DNA of 22,111 bases from Microthyrium microscopicum (lineage: Eukaryota), in NCBI GenBank assembly GCA_010405405.1, contig MU004248.1:124001-146111 (forward strand), written 5' to 3'. Position numbers and translations under genes: made by a program. The stretch's first letter is position 1. Every line of letters begins with the position of its first letter. Positions 1 through 11,215 of the stretch are shown in pieces. The notes beneath the pieces were generated by a model that did not search any database, had not been told where the DNA came from, and worked only from the letters and a program-made list of their open reading frames with translations.

Positions 1-479
1 AGCTATAAAATTAATAGTAATATTTACTTAGTTTATTTAAATTTAAAAGAAGATTTAATATAAAATATTAAGAAGGCGTTAAAATACTAGTAGAAAATTT
101 ATTATAAAGTAATATACTATAATTTAAAGTAAGATATTATAAAGAATTATCTAGTAATAATAAAAGTAAATAATATATAAAATTTAAAGCTTTATAAGTA
201 AGAATACGTAAACTTATAAGTCTAAGTAAAGAAATATTAGAATATAAAATATACTTATTATAATTTAGTAAAAAAGTATATTAAAAAAGTAAACTAGTTA
301 TTTATATAAGTTAATACTCTATATAAATAATTAGCTACTTTTAAGATATAAAGTTCTAGTTAAGTATAAAAGAAATAAAAGAAAAAGACTAATAAAATTA
401 ATTCTAATATAGAAGTTTTAATTTACTTATTATTATACTTATAAAAGCTTAATTATACTAATTTATATATATTTAGTAC

Positions 480-930
480 TTATATTTTAGTTATACTTAA
501 TATTATTCTACTAAAAGTAAAAGTATTTCTAAAGTATAAATAGCTTAATAATATCTTAAAATTTAGTAGTAAAGAAGATAATAACTATAAAATATAGAAA
601 GACTAAGTTCTTTAAAAGTTTTAAGTAAATAGAGCTTAGTTTTCTATTAACTAAAATAAGCTAAATTACTTAGTAAACTATATTAAGGGTAATATATAAA
701 AAATATTTTTATAAGAATTATAATTATTCTTTCTACGCTACTTTATAACTCTAAATTAGCTATAAGTTACTTTTAATAAGAAGTTTTAATAAAGTAAAAC
801 TAATTATAATTTTAAAGCTTTATAAACTCTTTATTTAAATAGCTATACTTAAAAAGATAAAGAGATTATTATATAGTATTAGTAATACCTTTATATACTT
901 ACTTAAGATATACTTAGTATAAATAATATT
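480..930 (+). mobile_element. RIP-degenerate Ty3/Gypsy gag fragment (boundaries approximate)
   Basis: Frame +1 from 541 de-RIPs to approximately QLDDIPKFSGKEDNDYEIWKDQVLQKF..N...FPTDQDKLNYL.NC..GNA. This fits the P..FSG...Y..W...K..Y....G.A pattern of fungal retrotransposon gag proteins. Confidence 0.6.
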
Positions 931-1139
931 AGCTTAATTAATTATTTCCTATTAAGTTTATAGTAAAGTATTTATTATATTATTAGAAAGCATTATTATA
1001 CTAAAAGATTAATTTCTTAGAATTATTCTATAAAACTATTATTATTAGATTCGTCTTATTAAGACTATTATAATAGTATAACTTTTAACTAGACATAAGT
1101 AATAGCTAGCGCTATAAAGATAGATAAAGATTTATAATA

Positions 1140-2736
1140 AATAGCTATTATTACTATAAAGGCTACTTATATTAAAAACAAGGCAATATAGAAATAAAAA
1201 GATAACCTAAAACTACTACTTATAAGAGTATAAAAAAGAATTAAAGTACTATTAGGAGAACTTATATCTAAAGAAAAGGATTTAATATAATTATTCCTTA
1301 ACTAGCTAATAGCTAATTTTATACAATACTATATATTCTTTATTATAATATAAGACTATATTAAATAACTAGTATTCTACCTAGCTCTAACTATAAATAG
1401 GGCCTCTTTACTAACGCGCCTTAAAGCGTATCTTAACTAAAAACTTAATATAATTATAAAGCAAATTACTAAAATTAAAATAACTCTTAACTCCTAGGTA
1501 AAGGTTATAAAAGGACCTAACCTACTAATCCTTAACTAAAAAGCTTTTTTTATAAGCCTAATAGTCTAAATTAATATTATAAAAGTAGTTAAAAATATAT
1601 TAAAAAAAGATAAGCAAAATAAGGTAAAGCTATTTAAAAAGATTAAGAAAACTATCCTATAAGCAATAGTTATTAAGCTATTACTTAGTAAGAATGTTAA
1701 CGTTATAGTTAATATATAATTAGATAAAGACTATATCTAAAATAGGCTACGCTAAATAAGCTTAAATAAGGTTTAGGTCCTATAATAAGACTATTTAGTA
1801 GAGATCCTAAAAGTTTTACTTAAACTAGATATAGCTTATAATAAAAATATAAATAATAGTAAACTAATTAAAGAACTAGTTAATAAAAATAAGATAAAGT
1901 TTAAATACCTAGAGATAAGAGTAGTCTAATAGCTCTATAAAGGCGTAGAATATAAATAAGTAAAAAAAGAACTAGAAAAGTATAAGAAAGCATATACTAA
2001 AGGATTACTTATACTATACTACCTAATAATAATAATAAAAGATAAGGTTATTTAAAAGAAATTTATTATTAGAATAGAAGAGCTCTTTACTAAATTATAT
2101 AACCTAAAATATACTACTAAATAGTACTTCTACTACTAAGTTTAGGGCTATATATAAATAACTTATATCTAGTATAAACTAAACTATAGTAAATATATAA
2201 GTAATTATAATATTAGGAACTATACTAGGATAAGCTTAATCTAGTACTTTAATTATAAAGATAATAAGAGAGGAAGAAAAGAAGAGAAAGAGTAAAGCTA
2301 AAGATACTATATATAGTAAAAAAATATATATAAAGTATACTAAACCTACTTTAAGAGTATAAAAAGATTCTAAGTAATAAATAAAAGATATATAAAATAG
2401 ATAAGAGCTATAATACCTACTTAAATTATACTAATCTAGCTTATAGATAATAATAAATATATTATAGTAAATAATATAAAGAAAAAAAAAGTAGAGACTA
2501 AGAACCTTAAAAGACTATTAGCATTATAGAAGGTAAAGGATAAGGTATATAATAACCTAGTCTAGAGTATTTAGAAATTAATTATAAGTATATTTAACTT
2601 TAATAAAGGTAATAATAGCTTATAAACTATAAAAGATAGCGCCCTAGAAGACTAATAAGGAAATAACTAAGGAAGAGTAGGATAAGCTATAAATAACTCT
2701 AAGCTAACCTTTAGTAATAAAATAAATAAAATCTAA
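1140..2736 (+). pseudogene. LINE ORF1 (gag-like) relic; start approximate
   Basis: Frame +1. 2125-2166 de-RIPs to C-F-H-C-Q-V-W-G-H-x4-C (CX2CX4HX4C), 2185-2223 to CGKCAGNHDIRNC (CX2CX3HX4C), and 2245-2256 to CFNC. This is the tandem knuckle arrangement of Tad-like ORF1. Confidence 0.82.
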
Positions 2737-2737
2737 A

Positions 2738-5700
2738 TAATAAACTTAAATAAATAGTATTAATATTATATAATATAACTATAAGAAATTAAATAAGAGG
2801 GAAGTAAGGCTATTTTTTAATATACTAAATAATACTAAGTAACTAATTATAGTAATCTAAGACTCTAGAGGAATTATAAAGCTAAAGAAAATATACTACC
2901 TTCTTAACTACGTACTAGTATATAACTAAGATAATTAATTAAGAGTATACTTTATAATAAGTAAAGCGCTTAATATAGAGAACTAGTAAGTAAGATATTA
3001 TAACTAATTTATTTTAATACTATGCCTCTAGCATAGGTATATAATACTAATAATTATTAATATATATAGTAAAGGCTTAGTAGTAAGTAACTATAACTAT
3101 ATTACTAAATACCTAATACTAATAAAGATAATTAATAAGGTAAAAAGAGAAATCCTATTAATAGAAGACTTTAATTACTACTATTATTAATAAGGAGGCA
3201 TAGTATTAGCTACTAAACCCTAAGTAAATACTTTACTTTATAATATAATTAAGTAGGGGCTTTATCTATATATACTAAAAGAAGAACTAACTTATAGGTT
3301 ATATAAAGGAAGGAGAGTAGGAGTAGCAAAAATAGTAATTAATCTTATATTCCTATTCTAATTCCTTTAAGAAAGATTAGAATTCTATAGCCTAGTTAAT
3401 ATCTAGGTACTAATAAAAGATTATATCTTAGTACTAATTTAGCTAACTCTAGGATAAGAAAAATATATATTAAAAGTATAGTATAATATATAAAAACTAG
3501 ATATAGAATAATTTATTAAATATATAAATAATAGCTTATAGGATACTAAAGATATATTAATAGAAGCCCTATATAGAGTAATAATAAAAGTACTAAAGAT
3601 TTACTATCTAAAAATAAAATCTTTAAAGTAAGCTTTATATAGATAGTTATCTATAACTACTCTACTAATATAAAGAAAGCGCTATATAAAATAAAGATAT
3701 CTCTAAATAGAGACTAACTAGAATAAGTATATATATAAGTTAGTTATAGCCTAGCTAAAAAAATCTCTATGCTAGAATAAAGTAATATCTTAGTAAACCT
3801 TTATAAAAGAAATTATAAAGAATTATAAATACTATAAAAACTAAGGCCTATAGAGAATAAGTAAATAAATAAGAGCTAAAGCTAGTAAATTAAAGAAAGA
3901 CCTATACTTACTAGTACTTAGATAAACTACTAGTAATAACTATACCTATAATAACTAAGGTAAAGTAAATATACTATCTATAAAGTTCTTTCCTTAAATA
4001 AAGGTAGTAGACCTTAATAATATAGAGAATGCTATCTTACCCTTAAAACTAGAAATAGACTATAAGATAATAGTAAAAGAGATAAATTATATAATTAGTA
4101 GCCTTCTAAATCGTAAGGTAATAGAACTTATTAATATACTAAATAAGGTCCTAAAGGCTCTTAGGCTTAAGGCGTAACTAAAAAAGGAGAGTAATAATCT
4201 AAAACTAATAGAATTTAGTAAAAGACTAGTACTTATAATTAATAGAATATTAATAAATAGTATAATTCTAGAATATTTAAAGTAATCCTATATACTAGTA
4301 CTAAAAAAGCTAGGTAAGAAAGACTACTTACTACTAATAGCTTATTAGCTAATTACCCTTAAGAATATAATAGTAAAGTTAGTTAAAAAGATTATTACTA
4401 ATAGACTTACTTAACTTATAGAGAATAATAACTTACTACTCTAGAACTAAATAAAGGCTAGAGTAAGATAGTTAATACTAATAGTAGTATAGCTCTTAAG
4501 GAGTATTATTAAGGTAGTATAAAAAAGAAATATAAAAGCTATAGTATTAGTACTTAGCTTTAACCTTTAAGGGGCGTATAATAATATTAATCTAAAGAAG
4601 CTTCTCTATATTCTAGAGATAAAGAGAGTCCCTTAGTAGCTAATTAATATAGTAGTAAGCTTTACTACTAATTATATAACCTAAATTATATTTACTAGGT
4701 ATTAGAGCCTAGTAATAATAATTAATATAGGAATCCCTTAGAGATCCTCCTTCTTACCTATTCTTTTCTTCTTTTTTATATTAAAACTACTAGAATACTT
4801 TTAAGACGTAAGTAATAATATCTTTAGATTTAGCTTTATAAATAATACTATATTAGTTATATAGAGTAATACTACTTAAGAGAACTATATAAGACTAGAA
4901 GAGGCTTACTAGAAGTATACTAACTAAGTAAATAAGTATAGAGTAAAGTTTACTTCTAATAAGTATTAAGTAATATACTTTACTTAGAATATCTACTACT
5001 TAGAAGTAGACTTATAATTTATAGTAATAATAGATAGTATATCTACTAAGCTTATACTAAAGAGTATTAAGGTACTAAGTATATAGGTAAATAAGAGAAT
5101 AAACTAGAAAAACTATATTAAAAAGACTAGAACTAAAGGATTTAAGTAAATAGTAATATTTTTAAGAATAGTATAGTTAGAATAAGGACTAGTCTTTAGA
5201 AAAATAAAGCTTCTTTATATAGTAGTTATTAAGCTAACTCTTATATATAAAGTATAAATATAGAGTCTAGGATTACTATTCCCTAAGGTACTAAAAGATT
5301 ATTATAAACTACTAATAGTAGTTTAGAATAATATACTCTATAAGATAATAAGAAAGTATTAAAGAACTCTTATTACTTTATTAAATAAGAAAATAAGGGT
5401 TAAACTACTCTAGATAAATACTATAGTTTTAGTAAAGGAATATATTAATAAGAATAAAGACTTAATAGTAATATAAAAGATAAGCAAAATCGTTACTAAG
5501 GTATATTAAGTAAATCTTCTAAAGAACTAAAGGATACCTCTCTAGTAGTAATAACTAAGAAGCTTAGTAATACTTAAACTAGTATAGATATATATAACTA
5601 AAGTTATAGCTTAGGGAGTTAATATATTAAAGTAATAAAAAAAGAGATTAGAGATAAAGTAGAAGTAGGATACTAATTATAGATAAGTAATATAACTAAT

Positions 5701-6250
5701 AGATAATACGTTATAGAAGAAGAAGGAGGTAAAACCTAAACTAGAGCTAGAGATATTCCTAATTAGAGTATATTACTATAAGCTCTAAATAAATACTTAG
5801 GTATAACTTATAAGAATATAGTAATATACTACTATAGTATAGAGAACGTTATAAAGTAACTAACTAATTAAGCTTTATAATAATCTTAATAAAATATAAG
5901 CAATAGTACTCTTCTTTATATAATTAGAAGTTATTAGACTTAATAACTAGCTATATAGTATATAGGTACTAATAGTCTTTCTACTATAGTACTTATATAG
6001 TTACTAGTAATAAATAGTTTACTATATACTACTAAACTACTTATAATATTATAGAGAAAGATTACTAGAATAAGTAATAATACTAAATAAGGCTTATATA
6101 CTCTCTAATCTAAGAGATGCTTAAGTAATAGCTAAATAGCTACTAAAAAGTAGAGCTCTTTAATAATTTAAGCTAACTAAAAAGATTATAAAAATAAACC
6201 TTAAGGCGTATAAAGAACTACTAAGACTTAAGGATCCTATAAATAACTAA
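2738..6250 (+). pseudogene. LINE ORF2 relic (APE endonuclease, reverse transcriptase, C-terminal CCHC; no RNase H seen)
   Basis: Motifs recovered after de-RIP, all in frame +2 where checked: IIQYNC (~2765), GDFN (3164-3175), IDL (~3338), VLKKPGKKDYS..AYRPIAL (4298-4360), LDL.GAYD (~4560), GIPQGSPLSPILF (~4730), FVDD (4835-4846), KVLGVW.D (~5070), CSC-x8-H-x4-C (~5990-6040). Confidence 0.9.
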
Positions 6251-6349
6251 CTATAATATTATAGTACTAATAAGCTAGTAATATATAATTATAAAGAAAA
6301 TAGCTAAGTCTAGGAACGTAATTAATTTTATTCTATATCTATCTATTAC

Positions 6350-6900
6350 TTTTTATTAAATAATGCTACTACTTTACCTAATAACTAAGATATCTTTATT
6401 AATAAATCTATCTTTATACTTTAAGCGCAAAGCTTTAGTAAGATAGCTTATAGGTAAGCTAAATTAGTAGCTAGTATAGCTATATTAACCTTTAGCTTCT
6501 TCTTTTTTTACTACGTTAGTAAGGTTATAGTAGAAGTAAACTAGGCCTTATAGTTAGTAAACTTACTTATTAAACTCTCTATAACCTTTATCTACTTAGT
6601 AGCCTCCTTATCTATACCTAATAATATATACTCTTTAATACTCTAATAAAGGTTAACTAGGTTAGCTATTATCTTATTAAAGGTATATTAAAGATACTTA
6701 CTCTACTCTTTTAACTCTATTAGTACCTTACTATAATATTAGAAAAGGTAGAAGATTAAGAATAAGGATATACTTATAGCTTTATACTTAGAACGTTACT
6801 TTTTATAATAAGAGTAAGAATACTAGCTAGAGCTAGCTTAACTATAAATATAAGTAAGTATTATAATAAGCGCGTTAAGACTAACTAGATACTTACTATT
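6350..6900 (-). mobile_element. Unidentified RIP-degenerate coding-like fragment
   Basis: The minus strand keeps a codon-like periodicity over several hundred bases, but no domain motif was recognised. Confidence 0.3.
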
Positions 6901-6949
6901 AAGTAACTCTATATAATAGCGTAACGCTTAGTAGAAGTTTAGTAAATAA

Positions 6950-7902
6950 ATAAAATAGCTAAGTATATTTACTAATTAAAAAACTTTCTATATTAATAAC
7001 TAGCCTAAACTTAAAAAAAAGTTATAAAAGTAGTAAATAAGAAGTAAATACTAGTAAAAATCTTAAAAATAAGAGATTAAGTAATATTAAATATATATAA
7101 TATTACTATAGCTTATCTTACTTAGTTTCTAAACTTAAAAAATATAGGTTCTTTTTAAGTAATCTAAGTAATTAATAATATAGCTTATAAGTTAAAGCTT
7201 TCTTTATATTTTAATATATTCTTAGTATTTTATTCTTAGCTTTTATATAAAGTAGATCTTTTTATAAAAGAGCTAGATTAAAGAAGTATTTAAGCTATTA
7301 AAAATTATAGACGTTAAGGTACTTAAGTTAAGAAAGTTATTAATTTAAAGCTTAATAAAAAGTAAAAAGACTTAATTATAAATAAAAAGCTATATTTATT
7401 CTATAAAGCTAAGTATAAAAAATAAGATAGCTAAAATAAAAATCTAATATAGGAACTATAATATCTCTTCTTAAATTATTTAAATAAGGTTAATAAGTTT
7501 TATAAAGATAATTTAAAAAAGCTTAGACTATATAAGTAATATTAGATATAAGATAGTAGTAAGGAGTTACTTTAGCTACTAGGAGTATAAATTAATTATT
7601 TAACTCTTAAAGACTAAGACTCTTAAAGACTAAGGCTAGCACTACTAAGATAGATATTTTCTAATTTAATAAAGAGAATATATTAAGTAACTAGCTATTA
7701 GAATTAGTTATTAAGAATAGTAGTTTATCCTTATAAGAGGCTATAGACTTATTATTATTATAATATCTTAAAGCCTACTAGATTTAAGTTTAAAGAGTTT
7801 AGTTAGAGAGGTTAAGAAGGATTTAAAAGGGATTAGAGAAGTTATTTATTTTAGATTAGAAGAGCTTTACTAAAGCTTACGCATAATAAGAAGGAAGGAT
7901 TA
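6950..7902 (+). mobile_element. 3' end of a Ty3/Gypsy chromovirus: integrase GPY/F motif, chromodomain and PPT (RIP-degenerate)
   Basis: 7141-7260 de-RIPs to NIGPF.VI.VINN.AYKLELP..FNIFPVFHSWLL. 7399-7530 de-RIPs to FYKAKY..WD.WN.NPTWEP....N....V.EFH.DNP.KPGP. The purine tract AAGAAGGAAGGA (7888-7899) lies just before the LTR. Confidence 0.85.
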
Positions 7903-8058
7903 TATTATAGGAACTAAACCCTAACCCTAAGTATAGACTATATAGCCCGTGCCCCTAGAGGACATATCCTCTATTAGAGTAGCAGTAGAATAAACCTTAA
8001 AGTTTGTTTCTTAATCATATTACTATACTGCTACCACATTAGCTCTGTGACCGTGACA
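7903..8058 (+). repeat. 3' LTR of the chromovirus (~156 bp)
   Basis: Starts TATTATAGG (RIP form of TGTCACRGG) just after the PPT and ends CCGTGACA, giving inverted TGTCAC/GTGACA termini. Contains an internal TATATA (~7939) and AATAAA (~7989). Confidence 0.75.
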
Positions 8059-8059
8059 T

Positions 8060-8345
8060 GTTAGTCTTACCTTGTTTCATGATGAAAGATCGACACTAAT
8101 CGGAGGTACAGGCAGAGAGAGACTGGCTCAACTTTCCCAAAACCTTACCTGTTGTAAAGGCGAGTATAGACACGGGTCACTTGGGCACTTACTGGAGCTT
8201 GAACGGTGGTCAATTTGGAAAGATAACCGTGGCCTATCTCAAATATATGTTTTACGCTGATCAAGGGGCCAAGAAGTTGTTCCTCGAGCCAAACTCATCT
8301 CTTGTGGCCGATGGATGGAATATATCCACTAGGAACTGGAACTAG
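8060..8345 (+). pseudogene. Orphan last intron (8060-8111) and last exon (8112-8345) of an alpha/beta-hydrolase-like gene interrupted by the LTR element
   Basis: A GTTAGT...CACTAAT...TACAG intron precedes an open 77-codon exon: AERDWLNFPKTLPVVKASIDTGHLGTYWSLNGGQFGKITVAYLKYMFYADQGAKKLFLEPNSSLVADGWNISTRNWN*. The DTGH.GTY...NGG.FG motif resembles the catalytic-His region of a fungal alpha/beta-hydrolase family. Absent from the ORF track. Confidence 0.75.
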
Positions 8346-8875
8346 AGATTGTGGATCAGCTAGAGAGATACGGTAGCTTCATCAATCGTACATATTGGTA
8401 CAAAGATCAAATCTGAACTCAAAACCAGGAGTGCCATTTCTACACATACATAGAGTGTTTACCAGCCAGTGGCTACCTAGGCATTGACATCTAAGATGAA
8501 TAGACAAAAAAACAAGTAGGAAATAAGTGAAATGACACCTCTCGGTTCATGTCAGAGGTTGGTAGCCTAGCCGGCATACCTGACCACAATAAATCGTACT
8601 TGTACATGAGAATCTTGAAGCAAACCGCGTGTGGAGATTGCAGACAACAGGAATAAACAAGATAATAATTACAAAGTCCTGTACTGTAGAAACAAGAAAA
8701 CCCATGAGAAAGTCCACGCCGTAAATCATGAAATGTTGGGGGAGTTGCGCCATTAGCATACTCAATCTCGTGCAATCATCAACGCCGCACATGCCGTAAA
8801 AACAACGCTGCCTCATCATTCACCATGCTGTTTCTTGAAAATATGCTGATGCAAGTTTTAGCCTCGACTAGCTGC

Positions 8876-10516
8876 TCATACGCAGAGCACGAGATCACCG
8901 TGCTCGTTGGCGCGGATCTTGAGTCGTTTCCATAATTCTTTCTCGCCGGAGCCACCATCTCGCCTCCAACGTTTTAGAGCTTTGTAAACGCTGACTCCTT
9001 CATCGGTTTCACTTCCTTTGACCAGACAGCTCAAGAACATGTCAACACTTTTGGTGGTGGGTGCATGTTCGATGCGGACCAGAGCCTTACTCATGTCCTC
9101 TGCCACTAAATTGCGATCGGGATATTCCAGGGCCTTGAGCTGTTTCTTCTGACGACCGTTTGGTGATACGTGAGGTGATGAGGGGGATGGTGAGCGTTTT
9201 CGAGTTCGACGACGTTCCCACAGCGCGTGACCATTACGATCACGCTTGGTCACAGCATCCTCACTCTTGCTCTTTTTTGGTTTCCGCTCCTTGTCGCTAT
9301 CGCTCTTTCTTCGTTCCTTCTTCTCGCGACGATGACTGCTTTCTTTGTTGCCTCTAGAGCGCTTGATCGGCGACTGTGGGCTGTGGGCATCCACAGATAA
9401 ATCTGGTGAAGGAGGAAAGCCATGAGGACCTCCATTCAGTAGTCTGTTCATGCCACCAGTAAGACCAGAGTGGAGAGGAGGAGCGGCATCTGTCATAACC
9501 ACGTCCTTGGCGAGGTCGAGTCCTTCGGGGTGACCCCGTTTTCGCTTTCCCGACTTTTTTGCGCCAGTACTATCCATGGAGATGTTCCTATTGTGACTGC
9601 GCTGGGGAGCAGGAGTGATGAAATCAGCGGCTTGTTTTGCATCCAGGTTTGGATGTGAATCAAAGCGCTCAAAGTTGGCAGCTACAGGTTCATCTCCATA
9701 TGAAAATCCGCGGGCAAGGTATTCTTGAGACTGATCGTGTTTAGCCAACGGCTCTGGTCGCATGTCGTCGTCATCATCGCGTTCAGACTCCCAGTCATCG
9801 CTGTCTACAGCGCCATTGGGTAGTAAAAAGTCGAAAACATTGACATTTTGAGGTGGCTCGGGAGCCTCTGGTGGCGCATCTACAATGGCAATTGCGGTAG
9901 ATGTATAGGTTTTATGGATATAGGTGTTCCGGGCTACAAGAGCCTGAGAATTGTCCATTTTTTGGGAGGAATTTGTGGTCGCAGTGTCCTTGTGTTTGCT
10001 GGATTGCTTTGCAGGGGTAGCATTTGTAGTGGTGGAATTGTGTTGGGCAGTATTTTGCTTTCCTTTCTTCTCCTTGTAGAGTGCGCCCTGATATTTCTGG
10101 GCCTCACTAATGCAGCTCTAATGTTGAAAAGCGAGTTAGTAAGTAGGATTTGCATGATTGCATCACAGCAGACGCAAAACAAGGTGCCAACGCATCAAGC
10201 CGCGGTTCGGGAACGGGCATTGGGGAGAAATTGTTGGGCGACGCAAGGCGGCACAACAACAAAATAGCAACCCAAGATAAAGTTGGCAAAATAGGAGGGA
10301 GTATCGTACAGTGTGTGAGCGATATTCGGTAGCGTGAAAATGGACCATGCAATCAATGCAAGTAAAGGAGGCGCCGCGACATTGGCCGCGGTGGGAATCG
10401 AGCTTCTTCTTGGTGAGAACGTCTCCGCAGTTCTATTGAGAAGGCTTGTGGTCAGTAAGGAAATTGAGTATAGAGGTTGAAGCAGGAGAGCATACTTCAC
10501 AGGAGAAGGAGACCAT
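8876..10516 (-). CDS. LYAR: LYAR-type C2HC zinc-finger nucleolar protein, ~461 aa; exons 10516-10496, 10432-10310, 10117-8876
   Basis: The spliced N-terminus MVSFSCE/NCGDVLTKKKLDSHRGQCRGASFTCIDCMVHFHATEYRSHT/SCISEAQKYQGALYK is a zf-LYAR domain. Introns are GT-AG and preserve the frame into the 360-aa ORF. The middle of the protein is K/R-rich. Confidence 0.92.
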
Positions 10517-11010
10517 GATGTGATTGTTAAGGGCGGATGAGACAGAAAAGCATGAGATTTGGGCAGGGCGTGAATGTAGGGCAGTGTTTGAGATGGATGG
10601 CAGCGCAAGCTGGAGTGGAGCAGTGGGAATTGGATAGCTGGAAGGATTCTGGGATGACTGGAAGGAATGAAGGTGGATTGGGAGCGCGGCAGGAAGGCAG
10701 AAAAAAAAAGGAGTGTTGGTTGTAAGTTGTAAGTCGCAAGTATGAAGTTTGGAACCGTTGATTGACGGCGTGGAGGTGGAGGACTTGGTGTTTGGGTCCC
10801 TGGGGGGTCTGGAGGAAGAGCAACGGGGGCACCAACCAAGCAAAGTGTAGCCAGAGCTTGCAGGGTTGGGTTTGGAATTTTGTCCCACCAATTCTTTTAC
10901 AATTATCAGTGAGAGACGAGGACAGCAGTAGTATTATTTAAGAAGAGGTAATGAGCACCAGAATACAGATTGAAAGAGTAATATGTGGTATCTATGTACC
11001 TACCGTACTA

Positions 11011-11034
11011 GTAGTAGTTAGTAGTAGTTAGTAG
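11011..11034. repeat. Short imperfect (GTAGTAGTTA) tandem repeat
   Basis: gtagtagttagtagtagttagtag is seen directly. Confidence 0.7.
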
Positions 11035-11197
11035 GGAGTGATAGCAATTGCTTCTAAAATAGAGTGCGATTGCTTGTTTGGGAAATGGGAATTGCTAACA
11101 ACGTACGGTAGTGGGCTTCTCCTTCTTTCTGTTTGTATCTACTTGAACATGTACTCTATATCAAAAGACATGTACTGGTAGCTATAAGAACATATTT

Positions 11198-11215
11198 TGT
11201 TCCTGTTCCTGTTCC
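11198..11215. repeat. (TGTTCC)3 microsatellite
   Basis: tgttcctgttcctgttcc is seen directly. Confidence 0.75.

Larger units (their letters stand above)
1000..6346 (+). mobile_element. Near full-length Tad-clade LINE (non-LTR retrotransposon), RIP-inactivated; 5' end approximate
   Basis: Two-ORF layout: zinc-knuckle ORF1 followed by endonuclease/RT/CCHC ORF2. A short (TATC)-like repeat at about 6333-6346 may be the 3' tail. Confidence 0.9.
1..8058. repeat. AT-rich RIP-degenerated transposon block
   Basis: Extreme AT richness, near absence of CpA/TpG with excess TpA, and no ORF of 60 aa or more in the track. Composition switches abruptly to normal GC at about 8058. This matches the known repeat-induced point mutation signature. 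Confidence 0.96.

Noticed and set aside
7914..7930. CTAAACCCTAACCCTAA telomere-like repeat or telomerase template
   Set aside because: Only about 2.5 units and inside a RIPed LTR, where C>T/G>A changes easily create TAA. Not a chromosome end or a credible RNA gene.
1..8058. Organelle insertion or alternative genetic code as the cause of AT richness
   Set aside because: Retroelement motifs are recovered by reversing only C>T/G>A changes, so RIP explains the composition.
8072..8260. 62-aa ORF from the track
   Set aside because: Wrong frame. The protein-like frame is the spliced exon 8112-8345.
10195..10891. 214-, 152- and 102-aa minus-strand ORFs upstream of LYAR
   Set aside because: Low-complexity P/S/L-rich products of a pyrimidine-rich leader. 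Only the MVSFSCE exon is supported.
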